DNA of 64,000 nucleotides from Clostridia bacterium (GTDB lineage Bacteria; Bacillota; Clostridia; Oscillospirales; Acutalibacteraceae): NCBI GenBank assembly GCA_017428085.1, contig JAFRRP010000069.1, positions 3,088 to 67,087 of the forward strand, read 5' to 3'. Shown piece by piece: positions 57,390 to 64,000 of this stretch (position 1 is its first letter; each line of letters starts with the position of its first letter). The notes under the pieces were generated by a model. It saw only the letters and a program-made list of their open reading frames with translations, ran no database searches and was not told where the DNA came from. The position numbers and the translations under genes were made by a program.

Positions 57390-57589
57390 AAAGAAAGAAG
57401 ATTGAATGCTGCGAATGTGGCAAGGCTTTATTGAAGGACGAAATTGCTTTGTGTAAGAAGTTGCTTGGCATCAATACGGAAGATTATTATTGTATCGATT
57501 GTCTATCTGATTATTTAGAGTGTACAAGAACCGATCTTGAAATCAAAATTCAGGAATTCAAAGAACAAAGGTGCACACTGTTCCTGTAA
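57386..57589 (+). CDS. 67-aa zinc-ribbon microprotein
   Basis: CCECG ... CIDC give two CxxC pairs. The start overlaps the pglZ stop (ATGA at 57386-57389). The gene ends 17 nt before the brxL-like ATG. Confidence 0.5.
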   Translation: MKRKKIECCECGKALLKDEIALCKKLLGINTEDYYCIDCLSDYLECTRTDLEIKIQEFKEQRCTLFL

Positions 57590-57605
57590 GCAAGGAGGAT
57601 ACAGA

Positions 57606-59066
57606 ATGTTTGAAGAGAAAATTCGCGACGTATTTGCCGACATGGTCGTGCTGAAGAACCCGGAGAGAGCTGAATTTTTTAAGAATCTTAGCCTCCCTTC
57701 ATATATGCGCGATTGGCTTGTTATGAAGTTTTCCGATGAAGATGGGGAAATTGACTATGATAGTGTGCTCAGATATATCCGGCAATATATTCCGAGCCGA
57801 GAAGATTATGAACAGTTTAAATTTGCAATGGTCAATGGAGAAACAGTCCGCTTTCTTGCAAGGGTTCGAGTTGGCGTCGACATCAAAACCGGGAAGACCA
57901 TGTTTGAGCTTCCAGATTTTGGAGGAGCTAAGGCCGGTGCTGCTGGTGAAGTCACGAATGACGTCGTGAGTCGATGGAAGGATACCCTTCTCAAAGAGAG
58001 TGAGAACTGGGGAATTATTGAGCTTATTTGGGGAAAAGACTTCTCATCCAGCAAACCAAAAGGCGTTGTTAAGCTTATCGAGTACAGCCCATTCTGCCCG
58101 TACACGGTTGATTTGGAGTACTATAAAGATGCTCGCAATTCATTCACAACTGAGGAATGGATCGATCTCCTCGTAGCGGCGGCAGATTATAATCCTGATG
58201 GCTATGAATCAGAGGAGCAAAAACTATGCTTCCTTCGGCGGCTTCTGCCCTTCGTAGAGAAACGGATAAACCTTATGGAATTGGCCCCAAAGGGCACCGG
58301 TAAGAGCTATGTATATCAAAAAATCAGTAAGCGAGGTTGGCTGATCTCTGGCGGTACCGTTTCCAGAGCATCTCTTGTTTATGACAATGCGAAAAAAACG
58401 GGTGGCCTTATAACGCGTTTTGACTTCGTGGGTTTCGATGAAATCCAGTCCATGTCCTTTGTGCAACCAACACAGATTCAGACAGCCCTGAAAGACTATA
58501 TGGAATTTGGTGAAGTTCAAGGGTTCGATGCCTCTATAGTTGCAGATGCTGGAATTATTGTTCTTGGTAATATCGACGCCAGCAGGTTTAACGTCAACGA
58601 AAATATGATGGAAGAGATCAGTCCTGTCTTTAGAGAATCGGCATCATTGGACCGTTTTCATGGATTTATTCCTGGATGGGAGCTTCCACGTATGCATCAG
58701 GGCCTTGTTGCCAATGGTTGGGCCCTGAATACTGAGTATTTTGCAGAGGTGTTACACCTTATGCGAGATGACCTTAGTTACGCAACCATCGTCGATGATT
58801 GCCTTCTCCTTCCGCCAAAGCCGGATCAGCGCGATCTCACAGCAATTAAGCGCCTATGCACGGCTTTTTTGAAGCTTATATTCCCGAATGCAACATGTAA
58901 AGAGGATATCTCTCCAGAAGATTTCATCAAATATTGCCTGGAACCCGCTAAGGAGATGCGTAGTGTGATTAAAAAACAACTATGTGTCATTGATCCAAAA
59001 GAATTTAATATCCCCGGGAAAAACACAATTCCTAATATTCAGTATAATTATAATGAAATGCCATGA
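57606..59066 (+). CDS. brxL: BrxL-like ATPase (Lon-related AAA core; no Lon protease domain visible)
   Basis: N-terminus FADMVVLKN...LSLPSYMRDWLVMKF, Walker A ELAPKGTGKSYVY, Walker B FVGFDEIQ, and LDRFHGFIPGWELPRM, all as in BrxL. AAGGAGG RBS before ATG 57606. At 486 aa it is too short to include the C-terminal protease domain. Confidence 0.75.
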   Translation: MFEEKIRDVFADMVVLKNPERAEFFKNLSLPSYMRDWLVMKFSDEDGEIDYDSVLRYIRQYIPSREDYEQFKFAMVNGETVRFLARVRVGVDIKTGKTMFELPDFGGAKAGAAGEVTNDVVSRWKDTLLKESENWGIIELIWGKDFSSSKPKGVVKLIEYSPFCPYTVDLEYYKDARNSFTTEEWIDLLVAAADYNPDGYESEEQKLCFLRRLLPFVEKRINLMELAPKGTGKSYVYQKISKRGWLISGGTVSRASLVYDNAKKTGGLITRFDFVGFDEIQSMSFVQPTQIQTALKDYMEFGEVQGFDASIVADAGIIVLGNIDASRFNVNENMMEEISPVFRESASLDRFHGFIPGWELPRMHQGLVANGWALNTEYFAEVLHLMRDDLSYATIVDDCLLLPPKPDQRDLTAIKRLCTAFLKLIFPNATCKEDISPEDFIKYCLEPAKEMRSVIKKQLCVIDPKEFNIPGKNTIPNIQYNYNEMP

Positions 59067-60223
59067 AGAAACCTATTTATGCAGACAACGCCGCAACAAC
59101 GGCATTAGATATTGACGCTTTTGAAGCGATGAAGCCATACTTGCTGAGCGAGTATGGCAATGCTTCGCAGCCGTATTTTTTCTCTCGAACACCAAAGAGG
59201 GAATTAAAAGAAGCGCGTGCTACGATTGCTTCGTGTATCGGAGCTCAACCGGATGAGATTTTTTTCACTTCCGGCGGCACAGAAAGCGACAACTGGGCGA
59301 TTAAGTGTTTCGGTTCGCCGAGTGATGTTCGAACGATATTTACTTCTCAAATCGAGCACCATGCAGTATTAAACGCCTGCGATCACCAATTTGGGAATAG
59401 TAAATGCGCGGTGGTACGTCTTCCGGTTGATTCGGAGGGTATTGTAAGTCCTTCTGTTTTGCATGATGCAATGATAGAAGAAGTCAGCAATCGCGCTGTT
59501 GTAAGTTGTGAAACTAAGCTCGTTTCTATTATGCTTGCGAATAATGAAATCGGCACAATAGAACCAATAAAAGAATTGGCGGATGTTGCGCATAAACGTC
59601 GGGCTATTTTTCATACGGATGCGGTACAAGCGGTTGGTCATATCCCGATAGATGTTCAGGATCTTGGCGTTGATCTCCTTTCCGCTTCTGCACATAAGTT
59701 TAACGGTCCAAAAGGAATTGGTTTTCTTTATGTTCGCAAAGGGACATTGTTGTTTCCATATCTAAACGGCGGTGCGCAAGAAAGAGAAATGCGCGCAGGG
59801 ACAGAGAATGTTGCCAGTATTGTCGGAATGGCTGTTGCGCTAAAGAATAATTGTGACGCAATTGAGCAAAACCGAGCGCATATTCAAAAACTGGAGAAAT
59901 TACTGATTGCATTACTCGACGAGTCTGGGATGCAGTATTCGCGGAATGGTTGGCAAAATAAGTTGCCTGGTTTGCTGAGTTTATCTTTCCCGGGTAAGGA
60001 TGCGGAAGCGATTTTACATCGGATGGATTTGATGGGAATTTGTATTTCCACCGGCGCAGCTTGTAATAGTGTTCATACGGAAGTATCTCATGTGCTAAAA
60101 GCAATTAATCTTGAGGATTATCTTGCAAAAGGCACAATTCGTATTTCCCTCGGGAAGAATAATACCGCAGATGATGTTCAATCATTAACGCTGGCCCTAA
60201 AAAAGATTCTCTTGTCTGAATAA
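59063..60223 (+). CDS. Cysteine desulfurase (class V aminotransferase, NifS/IscS/DndA-type)
   Basis: IYADNAATT, FTSGGTESDN, the PLP lysine motif SASAHKFNGPKGIGFLY, and the catalytic Cys loop ISTGAACNS. The start overlaps the brxL-like stop (ATGA at 59063-59066). Confidence 0.88.
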   Translation: MKKPIYADNAATTALDIDAFEAMKPYLLSEYGNASQPYFFSRTPKRELKEARATIASCIGAQPDEIFFTSGGTESDNWAIKCFGSPSDVRTIFTSQIEHHAVLNACDHQFGNSKCAVVRLPVDSEGIVSPSVLHDAMIEEVSNRAVVSCETKLVSIMLANNEIGTIEPIKELADVAHKRRAIFHTDAVQAVGHIPIDVQDLGVDLLSASAHKFNGPKGIGFLYVRKGTLLFPYLNGGAQEREMRAGTENVASIVGMAVALKNNCDAIEQNRAHIQKLEKLLIALLDESGMQYSRNGWQNKLPGLLSLSFPGKDAEAILHRMDLMGICISTGAACNSVHTEVSHVLKAINLEDYLAKGTIRISLGKNNTADDVQSLTLALKKILLSE

Positions 60224-60255
60224 AACTATATAGTCATTTGAAGGACTCCTCTATT

Positions 60256-62394
60256 ATGCATAATAACCCTCGCTGCTTATACAATAACAGTTTCTCTGAT
60301 TTTCTCAAGGAGGCGGAATCGTCGGTCCTTGGGTTGTTGTGCGACAATTATCACGGTGACGCGCAGACGACGACAAGAGAAGCGTGGAAGGGTGAGATCT
60401 CCATTATGAGGGACACGCTGTCCCAGCTCGTTGATCAGGACGGTCGTATTATCTTCGAGTATGATATCCCGCGTCTTGGCAAGCGCATCGACGTCGTTCT
60501 GCTTTATAAGGGTATCGTTTTCTGCCTCGAATTTAAGGTCGGTGAAACGCGGATCAATGAAGCGGACGTGGATCAGGTGCTCGACTATGCGCTGGATCTG
60601 AAGAACTTCCACAGATTCAGCCAGGATAAAGTGATCGTTCCGATCCTTGTTGCGACAAATCTGAAAACGGTTTCTTCTGTTGTTCAAATGTCCGTTTATG
60701 ACGACAGAGTTGTGAATCCGCTGTATACAGGCGATGCCGGCATTGTCGATCTGATCAACGGGGTTTTGGACAAGTTCCCCCACGAATCTCCGGTCGCCCC
60801 CAATTGGATCATCAGCCCGTATTCGCCAACGCCGACGATCATTGAAGCCGCACGTTCGCTATATGAGAATCACTCCGTAGAAAACATCACGCGGCATGAG
60901 GCGGATAAAGTTTCCACGGACAGAACAATAGCGTATATCCTGGATGTGATAAAGCACAGCAAGGAAAACCGGGAAAAAAGCATTTGCTTTGTTACGGGGG
61001 TGCCCGGCGCGGGGAAGACGCTCGTCGGGCTTGACGTTGCAATCCGACAGACCTATCAGGGACAAACCGAGCCGGTAAAGGATGAAGGCGCGGTGTATCT
61101 GTCCGGTAACGGTCCGCTTGTTGCCGTGCTGACGGAGGCCCTTGCGCAGGATAACTATAAGCGCTGCCGCGAAATCGGCGAAAAGAAGAAAATGACCGAT
61201 TCCCGCCGCGAGGTGAGTAAGTCGATCCAGATGATCCATCGTTATCGCGATAATATGCTCGCAAAAATCAAAAATCCCGTGGAAAACGGCATACTTGAAA
61301 TCGATCCGACGAAAGCCGTGAAGATGGAGGCCGCCGGCTTCGGCGAGGTGGAGCATGTTGCGATCTTCGATGAAGCGCAGCGCTCATGGACACATAAGAG
61401 ACTGGCGGATTATCTCAAAAGAGGCGGAACCTACGGCAACAAGCTGAAGGTCCCGAATTTCCCAGTGTCCGAGGCGGCGTTCCTGATCTGGTCGCTTGAT
61501 CAGCGGGAGGACTGGGCGACGGTCATTTGCCTTGTCGGCGGCGGGCAGGAGATCAATACCGGTGAAGCCGGGATCTCCGAATGGATTCAGGCGATCAACG
61601 AGAAATTCCCGCATTGGAGCGTTTACATTTCTCCCAAATTGACGGATGCCGAATACGCGGAAGGCCGGGTCAATGAACTTTTGGCAGACAATCCAAACGT
61701 TACATACGCAGAGGATCTGCACCTTGGCGTTTCCTTGCGTTCCTTCCGGGCGGAAAAGCTCTCCGCTTTCGTACATGCGCTGTTGTCCTTTGATGAAAGC
61801 GCAGCAGATATCTATGCGGAAATCAAAGACAAATATCCCATCGTTTTGACGAGAGACATGAACAAAGCGCGGCAATGGCTCCACAGCAAGGTGAGAGGTA
61901 CGGAGCGTACCGGCGTTTTGGTGACTAAAGAATCTGCCAGATATAAGCCGTTGGCGATACATATTCTGCCGTCCGGTGATGAAAACGCGGTCCATTGGTT
62001 TCTCGAGGATAAAGCCGATACCAGGTCATCCAATTACCTGGAGGATGCCGCTACGGAGATCCAGGTGCAGGGGTTGGAGCTGGATTATACCTGCTTACTT
62101 TGGGACGCCGATATGCGGTATAAAAACGGCAAATGGCACTTTTATCGCTTCAACGGCAAAACGCAGTGGAATGAATTGACGGGTGCCACCGAAAACCAGC
62201 AGGAGCAGATGAAGTATATGCTGAACGCCTACCGCGTTCTTCTCACCCGTGCCCGCGCCGGTATGGTGATCTGCGTGCCGGAGGGTAATCCAAATAAAAC
62301 GCCAAGCGGTTTTTGGGAGGATAGTACCCGCTTGCCGGAGTATTATAATGGTACGTTTGAGTATTTGAAGAGCTTGGGAATAGAGGAAATATGA
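60256..62394 (+). CDS. PD-(D/E)xK nuclease-like N-domain fused to a DUF2075-type SF1 helicase/ATPase
   Basis: N-domain GKRIDVVLLYKGIVFCLEFKVGE (D...ExK). Walker A FVTGVPGAGKT, Walker B VAIFDEAQRSW, and C-terminal YRVLLTRARAGMVICV. ATG 60256 is preferred over the TTG at 60238 used by the ORF track. Confidence 0.75.
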   Translation: MHNNPRCLYNNSFSDFLKEAESSVLGLLCDNYHGDAQTTTREAWKGEISIMRDTLSQLVDQDGRIIFEYDIPRLGKRIDVVLLYKGIVFCLEFKVGETRINEADVDQVLDYALDLKNFHRFSQDKVIVPILVATNLKTVSSVVQMSVYDDRVVNPLYTGDAGIVDLINGVLDKFPHESPVAPNWIISPYSPTPTIIEAARSLYENHSVENITRHEADKVSTDRTIAYILDVIKHSKENREKSICFVTGVPGAGKTLVGLDVAIRQTYQGQTEPVKDEGAVYLSGNGPLVAVLTEALAQDNYKRCREIGEKKKMTDSRREVSKSIQMIHRYRDNMLAKIKNPVENGILEIDPTKAVKMEAAGFGEVEHVAIFDEAQRSWTHKRLADYLKRGGTYGNKLKVPNFPVSEAAFLIWSLDQREDWATVICLVGGGQEINTGEAGISEWIQAINEKFPHWSVYISPKLTDAEYAEGRVNELLADNPNVTYAEDLHLGVSLRSFRAEKLSAFVHALLSFDESAADIYAEIKDKYPIVLTRDMNKARQWLHSKVRGTERTGVLVTKESARYKPLAIHILPSGDENAVHWFLEDKADTRSSNYLEDAATEIQVQGLELDYTCLLWDADMRYKNGKWHFYRFNGKTQWNELTGATENQQEQMKYMLNAYRVLLTRARAGMVICVPEGNPNKTPSGFWEDSTRLPEYYNGTFEYLKSLGIEEI

Positions 62395-62463
62395 TTGATT
62401 GAATAAAATACAATGATATGATTCGCAGGGTAATGGAACCATCATAATACAGGAGCGCTTATT

Positions 62464-64000
62464 TTGCAGGGTAATTTCTCTCAACCATTTTTGAAATTCA
62501 AGGATAAATATCAACTGCAGCTGAATGCGCAGCAAAGTGAGGCCGTTTGCACTGTCGACGGCCCTGTTTTGTTGCTTGCGGTCCCCGGGAGCGGAAAAAC
62601 AACGACGTTGGTTTCCCGGCTGGGATTTATGATCGAAGTGCTTTCCATTGCGCCGGAATCCATTCTGACTGTCACATACACCAAAGCCGCCGCGGCAGAC
62701 ATGAAGCTGCGATTCCGCCGGTTGTTCGGAGAGCAATATGCGGAGCGGCTCCCGTTCCACACAATCAACAGCCTTTGCTATCATATCATTCAGGATTATA
62801 CAAATACGATCAGCGGGAACCAACCGTTCGACGTCGCGTCTGAGGACGTGCGTTCTCAGATATTACGTGAGCTATATATCGGGGAGATCAAAGATTTCCC
62901 GACGGCGGCGGATCTGGATGATCTGAAAACACAGATCGCCTATGTTAAAAACATGATGCTGACGGAACAAGAGATCAAAAAGCTGGATTCCCCCGCGTTC
63001 CCATTTACGAAATTGTATGCGCGCTACAATGACGCTTTGCGCCGGCGCCAGCTGATGGATTATGACGACCAGATGATCTACGCGCTGAAGTTTTTGCGCG
63101 CTTATCCCGCGCTGCTGCAGCGCTATCGCAGCAGATTCAGATATCTATGCGTGGATGAGGCGCAGGATACGTCGAAAATCCAACACGAGCTTCTGCGGCT
63201 TCTGGCGGGAGATCGTCACAATATCTTTATGGTCGGTGATGAAGACCAAAGTATTTACGGATTCCGCGCCGCTTATCCTGAGGCCCTGATGCAGTTTGAA
63301 ACGGATCACCCCGGCGCAAAGGTCCTGTTTCTGGAACAGAACTTCCGCAGCGACGAAAATATCGTACGACTGGCAGACAAAGTGATCCGCCATAACAGCG
63401 ATCGGCGGGAGAAACAGCTGCTGGCAACGCACCCTGCGAAAAATGAGGTCAGAAAGATCCCTGTGCCGAACCTGAAGGCTCAATATGCGTATTTGATGAA
63501 AATCGCAGCGGATTGCAAATCGCAAACGGCAGTTCTTTATCGGGACAATGAAAGCGCTGTTCCGCTGATTGATCAGCTGGAACGGGCAGGTATTCCGTAT
63601 GCGTCCAAAGAAAAAGAATACAAATTCTTCTCTCACAGGATCGTTCGGGATATCCGTGATATCCTGACCTTCTGCCTGTCTCCGGAAGACGCCGACGCGT
63701 TTGAGCGGGTCGCAATACGCTTAGGATTATACGTAAAAAAGGAAATGATCCATGCTGCTGTAATACAGGCAAAACGCAGCGGCGAAAATGCGCTGGATCT
63801 GCTCTCTGATGCGGAGCTCAACGGATATCAGCTGCGAAATGTCAGATCTCTGAGAACGCATTTCCAGAAGATGCAGCATGATTCCGCATCCTACGCGCTG
63901 AACCGAATACTTTCTTACATGGGGTACGGAGAGTATCTTGAAAAGAATTATCCCAAAGAGCGGAAAACCGAGCTTCTGCAGCTTCTTGCGGACCGCACGC
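62464..64000 (+). CDS. UvrD/Rep/PcrA-family SF1 helicase (3' end beyond the window; absent from the supplied ORF track)
   Basis: I translated 62464-64000 by hand and found no stop codon. Motifs seen: LNAQQSEAV, Walker A AVPGSGKTTTLVSR, TFxxx-type LPFHTINSLCYHII, LCVDEAQDTS, FMVGDEDQSIYGFRAA and LEQNFRS. AGGAG RBS (62451-62455) 8 nt before TTG 62464. There is an in-frame stop at 62431 and no ATG between. Confidence 0.85.
   Translation, partial: MQGNFSQPFLKFKDKYQLQLNAQQSEAVCTVDGPVLLLAVPGSGKTTTLVSRLGFMIEVLSIAPESILTVTYTKAAAADMKLRFRRLFGEQYAERLPFHTINSLCYHIIQDYTNTISGNQPFDVASEDVRSQILRELYIGEIKDFPTAADLDDLKTQIAYVKNMMLTEQEIKKLDSPAFPFTKLYARYNDALRRRQLMDYDDQMIYALKFLRAYPALLQRYRSRFRYLCVDEAQDTSKIQHELLRLLAGDRHNIFMVGDEDQSIYGFRAAYPEALMQFETDHPGAKVLFLEQNFRSDENIVRLADKVIRHNSDRREKQLLATHPAKNEVRKIPVPNLKAQYAYLMKIAADCKSQTAVLYRDNESAVPLIDQLERAGIPYASKEKEYKFFSHRIVRDIRDILTFCLSPEDADAFERVAIRLGLYVKKEMIHAAVIQAKRSGENALDLLSDAELNGYQLRNVRSLRTHFQKMQHDSASYALNRILSYMGYGEYLEKNYPKERKTELLQLLADRT

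Noticed and set aside
57537-57605. N-terminal extension of the brxL-like ORF (track start 57537)
   Set aside because: The extension (MKSKFRNSKNKGAHCSCKQGGYR) overlaps the zinc-ribbon ORF and lacks an RBS. ATG 57606 has a consensus AAGGAGG and matches the BrxL N-terminus.
62095-63636. Minus-strand ORFs 62095-62823 and 63145-63636 from the track
   Set aside because: They are antisense to the hand-translated UvrD-family helicase, which carries all the canonical motifs in order.
1-64000. Search for CRISPR arrays, tRNA/rRNA genes, integrases/transposases, IS inverted repeats, reverse transcriptases and DNA methyltransferases
   Set aside because: I found no regularly spaced 25-40-bp repeats, no cloverleaf-like or rRNA-like segments, and no recombinase, RT (YxDD) or methylase (DPPY/NPPY, FxGxG) motifs in any listed ORF. 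Absence judged by eye is not proof; a tRNAscan/Infernal/HMM run should confirm it.

Overview
This 64-kb window comes from a GC-rich chromosome that looks like a Gram-positive anaerobe (Clostridia/Oscillospiraceae style). That placement is an inference from G/C-rich third codon positions, AGGAGG-type ribosome-binding sites and gene content.

About two thirds of the window is ordinary core DNA:
- Glycan-degrading enzymes: a GH38 fragment, GH43, a GH95-like enzyme, a GH55-like beta-helix protein, a GxGYxYP protein, a GH78 rhamnosidase, GH116 and a GH106-like enzyme.
- Two GPH-type sugar symporters.
- XRE, MerR and TetR regulators.
- cysK plus O-acetylhomoserine sulfhydrylase.
- A PAP2 phosphatase, ThpR, an AAA/DUF4143 ATPase and an Lnt-like acyltransferase.

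Two visibly AT-richer accessory segments interrupt the core.

(1) About 32.7-37.5 kb holds:
- an EcsC-like protein and a membrane protein
- a phd-doc toxin-antitoxin pair
- four 23-bp-phased iterons
- a decayed gene bracketed by 51-bp direct repeats
- a small operon encoding a SWIM zinc-finger protein, a zinc-ribbon protein and an acidic microprotein

(2) From about 45.75 kb to the window end lies a defence island. It is preceded at 44.1-45.7 kb by a short HipA-like kinase module.

The main hunt result is a BREX type 4-like operon:
- Gene order is HTH, a 741-aa unknown, PAPS-reductase/DndC-like BrxP with a ferredoxin-type Cys cluster, a giant P-loop BrxC, PglZ, a zinc-ribbon microprotein, then a BrxL-like ATPase without a Lon protease domain.
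- The operon has no methyltransferase.
- It is translationally coupled to a NifS/IscS-type cysteine desulfurase. This suggests a sulfur-based (phosphorothioate-like) self-mark.
- A PD-(D/E)xK + DUF2075 nuclease-helicase follows.
- After that comes a UvrD-family helicase that is absent from the supplied ORF track (TTG start; it runs off the window).

I could not recognise any rRNA, tRNA, CRISPR array, integrase or transposase. All family assignments rest on motifs read by eye and need HMM or structure confirmation.
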